64,000 nucleotides of DNA from Candidatus Aenigmatarchaeota archaeon (lineage in GTDB: Archaea; Thermoplasmatota; Thermoplasmata; Halarchaeoplasmatales; Halarchaeoplasmataceae). The position numbers were made by a program, and so were the translations under genes. How positions within the stretch are numbered: the stretch's first letter is position 1; each line of letters begins with the position of its first letter. Shown piece after piece: positions 1-8,838 of this stretch. Location of the stretch: NCBI GenBank assembly GCA_046537845.1, contig JBKHKA010000007.1, forward strand, positions 1,249-65,248, read 5' to 3'. The notes under the pieces are model-generated. The model was not told the origin of the DNA. It saw nothing but the letters and a program-made list of their open reading frames with translations, and did not search any database.

Positions 1-109
1 CCTCGCTAACACTTTCCTCTTTATTCACTACCTCGCCTCCGACCGCTGCAAGCATGGTGCTGATGATCAGAAGGAGGCTCATGGCGAAGACCGATATTTT
101 CCCCTTCAT
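1..109 (-). CDS. 5' end of a secreted/membrane protein gene that runs off the window (signal-peptide-like N-terminus only)
   Basis: Reverse-strand ATG at 109-107 opens MKGKISVFAMSLLLIISTMLAAVGGEVVNKEESVSE with no stop before the window edge. It has a K-rich n-region and a hydrophobic core. Too short for a family call. Confidence 0.3.
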   Translation of the reverse strand, partial: MKGKISVFAMSLLLIISTMLAAVGGEVVNKEESVSE

Positions 110-592
110 CGAACTCACTCTTCTATGAACTATATTGAAGAGCCTCTAAATATATCTTAGGAAAAGAGGATATTGTCAACTTTTTAGCCTAGCCATAACG
201 TGTTCATTCGCGGACATCTCATAGGTGGGGGATATATAGGCTAAAAAACGAGGACACGATGCCTCATGACAGCACCCATCTACACCTCAGTCTATAGGAT
301 GGGCATAAGCCACGAGGATATAGGCCTCATGGGTAGAAATACAAGCCGATTTTTGCACGTATTTTTCTAAGTAAAGAAATAATTTTCTCTTAATAACATA
401 TGAGGGTGCAGTAAAAAGGTCCCTCTCCATCAACACCCTTCACCAAACGAACTTTTCCTCCAAAAAATCAGGGGTTTCAAAGAGACTTTTAAATTACACA
501 CCAAGACCGAATAATCGAGAACCCGTTCCTAACGGGCCTCTCTTCGATCCCAAGCTCTGCTAACCACAGTTCCATCACCATGTCCTTGTGCT

Positions 593-659
593 CAGATGTA
601 GATATCCTCTTCTATGATGCCGCAGGACCGTTCATCTCCGACATAGATATCTACATCTG
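593..659 (-). terminator. Perfect 14-bp inverted repeat (stem-loop) just downstream of the giant gene stop
   Basis: cagatgtagatatc (593-606) and gatatctacatctg (646-659) are exact reverse complements separated by 39 nt. The structure starts 8 nt after the stop codon at 667-669. Function (terminator or protein-binding site) is inferred. Confidence 0.35.
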
Positions 660-666
660 GAGGTGA

Positions 667-3600
667 CTACAGGTGAAGATATCTCACTTCTTTTTCGCCT
701 TCCACCCTGAGTTCCACGGCACCGATGAGGTGGCGCTCAGGAGAGTGCCGCTCCGCCGCATCCCTCATATGATCTTTCAATCTACTTTTTTCATCCTCTC
801 CCAATTCGACCTCGCCTCTTGCATCGATTATCACCAGGGCTCTTTCACTGTGCACATGCCCTTGTCCCTGGAGCCGGATGAAAAAGTCGTCCATGGTGTT
901 ATCTATCAATCTTTCGAGTTCGCTCTCAGAAAAGTCCTGTGAGACGCTCATGTTGTAGTACCCAATCTGATCATCGATCAACAAGGGCGCTCCCTCGTCT
1001 CCGAAGGGCATCCAATGTGTATCAGAGCCGTCGGAACGGGCGGCGAAGTAAAATGAAGGCAGGTTTTCATAGTTGCCCGAGTTCATCTCCTGGACGAAAT
1101 CAACAAAGTATCTTGAGGAAGAGAGCTCATCCAAGTCCTTTGAAAACTCGTCGATGTCTATCTCGTATTCAGTTTCGTTCAAAGCGGTCGGGGTGAAACC
1201 GTGAGATACGGCGGAACGTACTAAGTCATCTTTAAACATCTCAAGGAGATATTCCAGCGAACCGGCGTCGTCGAGATCTTTTATGCTCCATCCCCTCGCT
1301 TCGGTGAAATCCATCCCCAACTCTTCGCTCAGTGCCTCCACAGCCTCCTTATAACTCATGTTTCCTTCGCCGACCTCTTCAGGAAGTTCGTTCAGAAAAG
1401 TTCGGTTGAAGGAAAGGAAAGCCCTGAACTCTTCCGCCGGCTCGTTATATTCATCTTCGAACCATTCCAGCGCCTGTTCCGTCCGATTTTCTCCCAAAAC
1501 GTCCAGGCTCAGCGCTATCGAACCTTCGCCAAAGGTAGGAAATCCGTCGTGCAGTTCTTTTACCTCTTCCATCTCGTCCCCGGCTCGGCAAGCGGCCAAG
1601 AACAGTTCAGCTCTCTTGGACTCATTAGAGGCAAGAAATTCATCGAGAACTTCCGCTTCTCTCAACACCTGGCTCCTATCCCCTAAACCGTAAAACACTT
1701 CCCGCTTCTCACGATCCACCTTTATTCCGTCCAACACTTCGCCGAACTCCTCCACCGGCCGCAGAGCGTGTTCCACCCTTTCCGGACCGTTGTGATCCTC
1801 CAGGTCATAATACACATAGCCTCCGGTACCGAGTCCGGGATCTCCTAAACCACCTTCACCATCCAGATATATCTCCCCCGTGGTCTGGAACAGAGCCGGA
1901 AAATCAAGAGAAGCGGAGTTGCCCACCAGCCCGCCTCTGCCCGTCATTCTCTGCTGAAAGGTGGACCATGTCTTCTGGTCGAGTTCGGTCCCGCGGCGGT
2001 GTGGAAGCACCTTGACGGGATAAAAATGATTCTGCTCGTCCGAAGCCGCCATGAAGACCGAGACGAAGGGACTCTCCAGCGAAGACCGGTAGCCGCTCTC
2101 GGGCAGATGAGATATCTTAGTTCCGGCCCCTCTAGGGTCGATGACCACTTCTACCCCCTCATCATCTTCAACGTGCGCCGCCGGCCCGCACACACCGGCT
2201 ATCACGTCCCTATATTCGATGAGCTCTTCAAAGCCGACCATGAAGGGGATACCGTCTTTTTCTATCAACCAGGAACTTTTTGGAATCTTATCGAAGAAGT
2301 CGAAGTCGCCGTTGTCCGTATGATCTTCATCCATGGAAAAGGCTCCCACGTATGCCTCACTCTCCCCTCCGAACAGATAGGCCTGCTCGGCACTGGTGTA
2401 TGAAGGGGCGTAAGAAAACAAAGGCTCCCCGGAGGTATATTCTCGTTGAGTGAGATTGCGTGTGTCCGGCATCTGGCTCATCACTATCTCAGACCTCACC
2501 CTCAGCACAAGATGTTCCTCCAAACTTCCCTCCGATGGAAACAGGTCTTCTTCGAGTTCGAATGACATGTTCACTTTTTCTTCCCCGCTCTCCACCTGGA
2601 TGTCCTCCTCGTAAAGTACTGTAGAGTCCGCCATCCCTTCTTCGCTCTTCATGTTCCGATAGCGGTTGTATTCACCCCACACTTCCGGTTCGAGCTTTCT
2701 TTCGCCTCCCGTCTTCACGACTTCTACCGTGAGATCGGTCTCCTCCTCACAACCCAGAACATCGAAACTCAATTCCGACCCTCTCTGGGACTCGTTGAAA
2801 ACGTTGCGGTGGAAGGACACGTTGTCCACTTCATGATCGGCCGCTGAGACCGGTATGTACCTTTTCTCCAGAAGGGGCATGGGAGTGAGCACCTCCGCCA
2901 GAGTGGTATGATCCCGAGGCGCATAACTCCGGCTCATCTCCCCCAGGGTGTACTTTTCAAGGGTGAATACTCTGCTCTCGTTGATATCCACTTTCAGTTC
3001 GATCCCGGACGTGTTGAATTTGGGAAACAAGATGGTGTTGTAGTGATCCTGATGATCCTCCGCAAAGGGGTTGATCCATTCTTTGGTAGATGAGGACGCT
3101 CCCTCGTATCCCCTGATCCCTCTACCAGAGATGTTGTCGATCTCGATCAACTGGTTTTCGCTTTCCAACTCAAGGTCAAGACCTAGAGTATAGGATGTTC
3201 CGTATTCCACAGACCTGTTGCTCCACACCGTCAACCCGCCTAGAGGTAGGTTGCAGATCGGAAGGCTCTTCACTTCGCCTCCCACTTCAAAGATATTGCC
3301 CTGCTTTTTTTCCGTACCGCTTATATTCTCTCCGTAACTCTCCATACGTCCGATTACGCTGTTCAGCGTCATCACCGCGGTCCGATAGAAACTCGCGTCC
3401 CCGAGCCCCTCCATCTCGCCACTGAATCCCTTCTCGGCCAGCTCATCGGCCGTTTCCTTCAGTTCTTCGTTCAATCCTTTCAACGCCCCTATCGAGCGGT
3501 CGAAGCTCTCCTCGACCCACCACGTCTCTATGTCGGAGAGGTCCTCCGAATGTATATCTTCCAGGTCTATATCCAGGGGTTCGATGACGGATCCACTACC

Positions 3601-6075
3601 AAAAATGTGCTCCGAGTAGGGATCGCCCCGGCCCAAAAGTATCTCCCACAATCTACTCATCTCCTCTTCAGGAGCGCCTCTCGAACCCGCTAGATCGAAG
3701 ACGTTCAGGTTCAGCCGCCTGAAAAGATCGTGAGTGTTGGTGTAGTTGAGCGGGAACAAGAACTTCGTCCTCGCATCATCTACAAAGTAACCCAGTGTCA
3801 CGTGCCCCACGGATTCATCCGGATCTTCGGGCGGCACCTCTATATCCTCGCTCAGCCGGTACTCTTCAAGGGTCCAATCATACCTGTCGGTCAATTCGGA
3901 GGAGGATGCGAAGAGAAAATCTTCTATCAGGTCCAAAGCCTCTTCGCTCTCTTTTTCATCCTCCACATCCAGCAAGAAATCGTATACCTCGTACGACCAC
4001 TTGTTCTCGGTAAAATTTTTCTGCATCGTCGTTATGTTCAAAGTGTCGTTCTTAGCGGCTTCACTCCAGCCTTCTATCTTGTTTTCGATCTCACCTTCGA
4101 TATCCTCCAATCGAGAGTAGTTATCGTTCAGCGCGGAGGTTGTGTTCTCTTCCATCTCCTCTTCGAACAGCTCTTCAGCGGACAAGTTTTCCACCAATCC
4201 CCAAGTGATATTGAGGTCCTGCCACACCTCTTCCCATTCATCCCTTTCTACATCGTGGTCCTCCATGGTCTCGTTGTAGTTCTCGATGGACTCTTCTATC
4301 GTCTCGTATTCTTCCTTTCTAGCATCATCGTATCCCTTCCTCTGGCTATCGAGTTCGTTCCTGATCTTCCCCTCGATGAAATCCTGCATCGCCCTGGTGT
4401 TGATTCTCTCTTCCGGGTCGTTCTTCTCGCTCTCCTCGTCGAGCCCCCAATCCGAGAGAAAGTAGGTGTAGTAAAATGGAACGGCACCATCGTTGGAAGA
4501 AGGGGTCTGAAAGCCCAAGGAAACTGACAGATTCCGGGCGGTGTAGAGTATCGATTCCGTCACTTTCTCGACGCCCTCTTCGCCCACCAATCTCGATCCT
4601 TCCATCCAGGGCAGCGGGCCGAGCCGGCTGATGTTCTCTTCCACGTACTCTCTCATCTCCGGTTCGTCGATCTTGAAAGCGTCGAAAGTCATGTCCATGG
4701 AGTTAGAGTAAAGGCTGACTAAAGCTCTCAGGTAACTCCTCTCTGGCCCCACCTCCGGAAGGGGAGTCACCTCTTCGGAGAGTTCTTCGAACTTCCACCT
4801 GCCGCCGTTCTCTTGAGAGAGGAGTTCTCCCTCGAACAGCCTCTTCATCATCCCAAAGGACGTGTTGACCCAATCTTCGTTTTGCTGGACGATGCCCACG
4901 AAGCCGCCTTCCAAAGACCTGTTCAGGAACGACCCGGGAACGCACATGTCCTCTGAAAGGGTGCCTTTCTCCTGGAACAGTTTCAAAACCAGCGCTTCCA
5001 GATTGACCATGTTTTCGACGCCCTGACCCAGATGATCCAGTAAGGTCTCCGAATCTATGTCGAAACTTTCAGCTGTCAGGTCCAAAAAATCTTCATCCAA
5101 TGAACGAAAGACCCGCCCCTGTTCGAGCAGCAGCGCCAACCTGCATATAGCTCTCAGCTCCTCTTCGTTCAATACATCGTGAGTCAATACCTCACCCATA
5201 TCTCTCTCATAGGCCAAAGCGAATGTCTTCCCGCGGTCCTCTTCTTCGTCCCATCCTTCATCCCTGTCCTCGCCGACACCGAAGTCTCCTGAAGTGCCGT
5301 CATAGTCATGCAGCCAGTCCGTTTCGAAGTGCTCTTCAAACGGCACTTCGAACCAGTCACCTTCCTCCCCTAAATTTCCGCCCTGGAATATCTTCATGTG
5401 AACGTACGTGGAAGTCATCAGATTCACGGTCTCCCTCATCCTCTCCGGTCTGAAGCTGTCCATGATTTCGTTCAGGAGAAAAAAGTTGGTCTGCACCGTT
5501 CGGTTTATGGTAAATCTTCTTGTGGAAAAAGTATCGGCCCTCTCGTTCCTTATGTCAGCGTGGACTGTCCTTTCTACGTTGAAGAACCCCGGCAGTTCTT
5601 CCCACCTCATCTCGTCGTTCCTCTTCTCCCTGATGTACAGAGGCATGACTTCTATGTGCGGCTCATCGCTCCGCAGCGGTCTGAGATGAAGGTGTATCTC
5701 GTAGTCGCCAACGTTTTTCGTGCCCTCGTGGTTGTTCTGAAAGTATTCCTCGAAGAGGGCGGTGGTGTTCTCTCCGACTTTCTGCTGAAGTTGAGCGGTG
5801 GTGTAACCCTCGCCGCTGTTCGTTCCCTCCTGCACATCCACGACGGCTTTTTGACCCGCCTCCCAAACCGCACTTTCCAACTCGTTTTTAAGGTCCTCGA
5901 ATCTTGCGTTCAACTCTTTTATCCCTGCGGTATCGGCCACTTCTTCCTGCGCCTGTAGCTGTATCCTGGCAAAATAGGCTCCCGCCGCCAAGGAGAGCAG
6001 CAGTATCACGATCCCTATCAACACGAAGACCATCACGGCTCTCTCATCATCCACGAGTCCATATCGAGATCTCAA
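667..6075 (-). CDS. Giant (~1802 aa) acidic surface protein with a prepilin-like N-terminus; paralog of 28618-32889
   Basis: Uninterrupted ORF 667-6204. I prefer the TTG at 6075, which overlaps the upstream stop as TTGA and follows a GGAGGGG Shine-Dalgarno-like box. This gives LRSRYGLVDDERAVMVFVLIGIVILLLSLAAG, a charged leader plus one hydrophobic helix that parallels RRRLDDRGKIPFALVGVVLIIL of the 1423-aa protein. The two share the block RLALLLEQGRVF / NLALLLEAARLY. Many N-x-S/T sequons. No catalytic motif recognised. Confidence 0.8.
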   Translation of the reverse strand: MRSRYGLVDDERAVMVFVLIGIVILLLSLAAGAYFARIQLQAQEEVADTAGIKELNARFEDLKNELESAVWEAGQKAVVDVQEGTNSGEGYTTAQLQQKVGENTTALFEEYFQNNHEGTKNVGDYEIHLHLRPLRSDEPHIEVMPLYIREKRNDEMRWEELPGFFNVERTVHADIRNERADTFSTRRFTINRTVQTNFFLLNEIMDSFRPERMRETVNLMTSTYVHMKIFQGGNLGEEGDWFEVPFEEHFETDWLHDYDGTSGDFGVGEDRDEGWDEEEDRGKTFALAYERDMGEVLTHDVLNEEELRAICRLALLLEQGRVFRSLDEDFLDLTAESFDIDSETLLDHLGQGVENMVNLEALVLKLFQEKGTLSEDMCVPGSFLNRSLEGGFVGIVQQNEDWVNTSFGMMKRLFEGELLSQENGGRWKFEELSEEVTPLPEVGPERSYLRALVSLYSNSMDMTFDAFKIDEPEMREYVEENISRLGPLPWMEGSRLVGEEGVEKVTESILYTARNLSVSLGFQTPSSNDGAVPFYYTYFLSDWGLDEESEKNDPEERINTRAMQDFIEGKIRNELDSQRKGYDDARKEEYETIEESIENYNETMEDHDVERDEWEEVWQDLNITWGLVENLSAEELFEEEMEENTTSALNDNYSRLEDIEGEIENKIEGWSEAAKNDTLNITTMQKNFTENKWSYEVYDFLLDVEDEKESEEALDLIEDFLFASSSELTDRYDWTLEEYRLSEDIEVPPEDPDESVGHVTLGYFVDDARTKFLFPLNYTNTHDLFRRLNLNVFDLAGSRGAPEEEMSRLWEILLGRGDPYSEHIFGSGSVIEPLDIDLEDIHSEDLSDIETWWVEESFDRSIGALKGLNEELKETADELAEKGFSGEMEGLGDASFYRTAVMTLNSVIGRMESYGENISGTEKKQGNIFEVGGEVKSLPICNLPLGGLTVWSNRSVEYGTSYTLGLDLELESENQLIEIDNISGRGIRGYEGASSSTKEWINPFAEDHQDHYNTILFPKFNTSGIELKVDINESRVFTLEKYTLGEMSRSYAPRDHTTLAEVLTPMPLLEKRYIPVSAADHEVDNVSFHRNVFNESQRGSELSFDVLGCEEETDLTVEVVKTGGERKLEPEVWGEYNRYRNMKSEEGMADSTVLYEEDIQVESGEEKVNMSFELEEDLFPSEGSLEEHLVLRVRSEIVMSQMPDTRNLTQREYTSGEPLFSYAPSYTSAEQAYLFGGESEAYVGAFSMDEDHTDNGDFDFFDKIPKSSWLIEKDGIPFMVGFEELIEYRDVIAGVCGPAAHVEDDEGVEVVIDPRGAGTKISHLPESGYRSSLESPFVSVFMAASDEQNHFYPVKVLPHRRGTELDQKTWSTFQQRMTGRGGLVGNSASLDFPALFQTTGEIYLDGEGGLGDPGLGTGGYVYYDLEDHNGPERVEHALRPVEEFGEVLDGIKVDREKREVFYGLGDRSQVLREAEVLDEFLASNESKRAELFLAACRAGDEMEEVKELHDGFPTFGEGSIALSLDVLGENRTEQALEWFEDEYNEPAEEFRAFLSFNRTFLNELPEEVGEGNMSYKEAVEALSEELGMDFTEARGWSIKDLDDAGSLEYLLEMFKDDLVRSAVSHGFTPTALNETEYEIDIDEFSKDLDELSSSRYFVDFVQEMNSGNYENLPSFYFAARSDGSDTHWMPFGDEGAPLLIDDQIGYYNMSVSQDFSESELERLIDNTMDDFFIRLQGQGHVHSERALVIIDARGEVELGEDEKSRLKDHMRDAAERHSPERHLIGAVELRVEGEKEVRYLHL

Positions 6076-6605
6076 TCTGTCCCCTCCCTCGTTATGAATA
6101 TATGATTTTCGTACCTGGCACCGTCGTTCAAACGCAGCATTATCAATCTTAGATCCCTTTCTCCCGCCTCCAATTCCAGCTCCGGATTCATCTCGTCCCT
6201 CCATTCCATCTCATCCTTCCCTAAAGTACCGCTCTCGTTCATCCCCCCGGGCCCCCATAGGTGTACATCGGCGCCCAAACCCTCTACCGTGTCCCTGCCG
6301 TCCTGCTTCAATCTAACATAACCTTTAGTTATCTGGACGGTGTAAGGATCTCCCCCGACTTCTGGAGGTAGGTAGATACCCTCATTATCTTCATGAAAAG
6401 TGATCCTCTGGACCATCTCATCCGCATCGGTATTCTCCATGTCGGTTATTATCTGAGAGAGCTTCCGAGCTCGATTCTCCAATTCCTCCTGCTCGAACTG
6501 ATCCATCTGATGATAGAAAAAACCCGTGACAGAGGAGACCAATATGATCACCACGGCTATGAGGACTATCTTCGATTGGAGCCATTGTAATATATTCATG
6601 GGCAC
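6072..6605 (-). CDS. Small N-terminally anchored protein (177 aa), pilus-accessory/pilin-like; paralog of 36568-37080
   Basis: N-terminal helix SKIVLIAVVIILVSSVTGFF. Blocks shared with the 170-aa protein: LQWLQSKIV/LDWALSKII, KLSQII/SLSQEI, VHLWGP/VHLWDP and the C-terminal HIFI/HTFIF. Stop overlaps the start of the giant gene. Confidence 0.7.
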   Translation of the reverse strand: MPMNILQWLQSKIVLIAVVIILVSSVTGFFYHQMDQFEQEELENRARKLSQIITDMENTDADEMVQRITFHEDNEGIYLPPEVGGDPYTVQITKGYVRLKQDGRDTVEGLGADVHLWGPGGMNESGTLGKDEMEWRDEMNPELELEAGERDLRLIMLRLNDGARYENHIFITREGTD

Positions 6606-6725
6606 TTCACTCAGAGATAGGAGATGAAAAGGATATATGCTTTTTATGTTTTGCGGTGTATACTTAAAGATCGTGAAAATATAAAAATCACGAAACCTTT
6701 TCTAGGTCCAAAAAAGGTGATAGAG

Positions 6726-7238
6726 ATGGATTCAAAAAAGAAAAACAATGTCTTCATCACGGGACCGCCCAGGAGCGGTAAAAGTACCTTGATCAGCGAA
6801 GTCATAGACGAGTTAGATCTAAAAGCTGAAGGCCTGCGCACGCCAGAGGTCAGAGAAGGGGGAAAAAGGAAAGGCTTCAAGCTGTTAGATGTTAAAACAG
6901 GAGAGGAAGGGATCTTGGCGCACGTCGACCTTGAAGAGGGACCGGAAGTGAGTAAATACACCGTGAACAAGACCGACTTGGAGAGGTTCACCGAGAAGTC
7001 CTTGAACAGCGTGTCTCAAGATTGCGATATAGTGGTGATAGACGAGATAGGCACCATGGAGCTGTTCTCCACCAAATTCAAGGATGCGGTGGAAAATTTG
7101 TTGAAAAACGAAGTCCCGGTGCTCGCGGTACTCCATAGAAATCACACCGACGAGTATGGAAAATCCGGCGAAATATTGGATCTGGGTAAAGAAGATTACG
7201 CCGGCGTGAAGAAAAAAGTGAAAGAGATTTTGAGTTAG
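6726..7238 (+). CDS. Nucleoside-triphosphatase, THEP1/MJ1559 family (170 aa)
   Basis: P-loop ITGPPRSGKST and Walker B VVIDEIGTMEL. Size and layout are typical of the archaeal NTPase_1 family. Start moved to ATG 6726 (MDSKKK). Confidence 0.75.
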   Translation: MDSKKKNNVFITGPPRSGKSTLISEVIDELDLKAEGLRTPEVREGGKRKGFKLLDVKTGEEGILAHVDLEEGPEVSKYTVNKTDLERFTEKSLNSVSQDCDIVVIDEIGTMELFSTKFKDAVENLLKNEVPVLAVLHRNHTDEYGKSGEILDLGKEDYAGVKKKVKEILS

Positions 7239-7246
7239 GGCCGGTT

Positions 7247-8779
7247 TCACTCCGCCTTTTCCTCGTCTTTCAACCAGACAGTCCGCTGCGGGAACGGTAT
7301 GGTCACCTCCGCCTCTCTGAATTCACTGTCGATCTTGTTCCTGATATCGCTGGCCACGTCCCACTGCTTCATGTAATGGTCCACCCAGAACCGGACGGTG
7401 AAGTTGAGGCTCGAATCGCCGAATTCACTGAACCGGACGATGGGTTCGAATCCTTCCTCATGCATGATGTCGTCGTGGTCTTCCAAGACCTCGTACAGTA
7501 TCTTTTTGACCCCCTTTATGTCGGACCCGTAGGCGACACCGACGTTGACCACCACCCTTATCATCGTGTCCGGTTCCGCCACGTTGACTATCTTTTGGTT
7601 CGCCAAGGTGTTGTTGGGTAGAACTATCATCTCGTGATCGCGTATGTTGTACAGCCTGGTACTCCTCATACCTACATCTTTCACTCTGCAGAACTCTCCA
7701 GTCTCGAGCTGCAGTACGTCTCCAACCGTGAAGGGTCTATCCAGCAGGAGATGTATGCCGCTGAAGAAGTTGGAAAGCGTGTCCTGCGCAGCGAAGGCGA
7801 CGACCAAACCGAGGACTCCCGCACCCGCCAAAAGTGCGGTCACCTGTATCCCCATTATCCTGAGGCCTATGATCAGTCCTCCTAGGAGTATGACGATCGC
7901 TCCGATCTTCTCGAAAACGGGTTTCAATATGTTGGCGAAGGGGGTACTCTCTCCACCACGCTTGACCGATATCTCTTGGAGGACCCCGTGAAGTATCTGA
8001 TAGGCCACGTAGACACCGATAATGAGCACCAGCAGAGAATAGACCCTATAGAGTGTTGCTCTTACATTGAAAGATATGTTCAATCTGAGGATAGAATGTA
8101 TCAGCCCGTACAAAAATACCAAGATGAGAATAGGCCTCCTTATCATCTTTACGAGCAGATCGTCCAGGTCGGTCTCGGTTTTTTTGGTCAGTTGATAAAT
8201 TATGGGCGTGACCATGAAAAAGATGAGAAACGCTATACCCAACCATATCGACACATTCAAAAGAAAAGCGCCTGCAGGTCCATCCAAAGGCGCTGGAAGG
8301 GGATTTTCAAAACCTCCGACTATGGTGTTCTCGGACTCCACCGGGGGAAGGCCCGTGATATCTATCCTGGCGTGTTTCGTTTCTTCGAACCACGGCTCTT
8401 CCTCGTCCAACCGGCGGAACGAAAAAGATATATCACCTTCTTCCACCCTCCGCTCAGGGGATTCGGAAAGTCTGATCTTCAAGGTGACGACCTTGTACTT
8501 CGTATCTTCATCCAATATGAAAAATTGTGGAGAAACGCTTTTCTCGCAGTTACCGAACCCCTCCACGTTCACCCTGACCGCAACTTCCCCTGATACGTTC
8601 TTGTAAACGGTCCAGTTGAAGTTCGTTTGGCCTCCGACCTCCACCTCTTTCGCGTAGTCGTCGTCTTCACCGATGAAGGGTCGGCCGTCCTCCTGTCCGG
8701 CGGAAAGAGGGAGTGAAAAGGCAAAACTTAGGAGTAGTAAGATCACCGATATCGAGATCGCTCTATCCCATCTAATCAT
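7247..8779 (-). CDS. MscS-family mechanosensitive channel with a large N-terminal extracellular domain (510 aa)
   Basis: Signal/TM N-terminus, several TM helices, then the MscS core LSNFFSGIHLLLDRPFTVGDVLQLETGEFCRVKDVGMRSTRL...IVLPNNTLANQKIVN. Confidence 0.85.
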   Translation of the reverse strand: MIRWDRAISISVILLLLSFAFSLPLSAGQEDGRPFIGEDDDYAKEVEVGGQTNFNWTVYKNVSGEVAVRVNVEGFGNCEKSVSPQFFILDEDTKYKVVTLKIRLSESPERRVEEGDISFSFRRLDEEEPWFEETKHARIDITGLPPVESENTIVGGFENPLPAPLDGPAGAFLLNVSIWLGIAFLIFFMVTPIIYQLTKKTETDLDDLLVKMIRRPILILVFLYGLIHSILRLNISFNVRATLYRVYSLLVLIIGVYVAYQILHGVLQEISVKRGGESTPFANILKPVFEKIGAIVILLGGLIIGLRIMGIQVTALLAGAGVLGLVVAFAAQDTLSNFFSGIHLLLDRPFTVGDVLQLETGEFCRVKDVGMRSTRLYNIRDHEMIVLPNNTLANQKIVNVAEPDTMIRVVVNVGVAYGSDIKGVKKILYEVLEDHDDIMHEEGFEPIVRFSEFGDSSLNFTVRFWVDHYMKQWDVASDIRNKIDSEFREAEVTIPFPQRTVWLKDEEKAE

Positions 8780-8838
8780 CGTCTTTTGGTAAGGTTGTTC
8801 CTATTAATAAATTTAATCGGCTCGAGAGGATCGAACGA

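Noticed and set aside
260-345. Imperfect direct repeat acgagga-N-gcctcatg (about 251-278 and 312-335) in the 550-nt spacer upstream of the partial gene
   Set aside because: It is short and degenerate. I could not tie it to any ORF, RNA fold or promoter geometry.
3730-4527. 265-aa plus-strand ORF (and many other 60-190-aa ORFs on both strands) inside 667-6204
   Set aside because: They lie antisense to or out of frame with a 5.4-kb uninterrupted ORF that has coherent acidic composition and a paralog. Their translations are low-complexity or R/S/L/F-rich, as expected for shadows of GA-rich codons.
7442-7453. gggttcgaatcc, a T-loop-like motif suggesting a tRNA
   Set aside because: The flanks do not form a T stem or acceptor stem, and the motif lies inside the well-supported MscS coding sequence.
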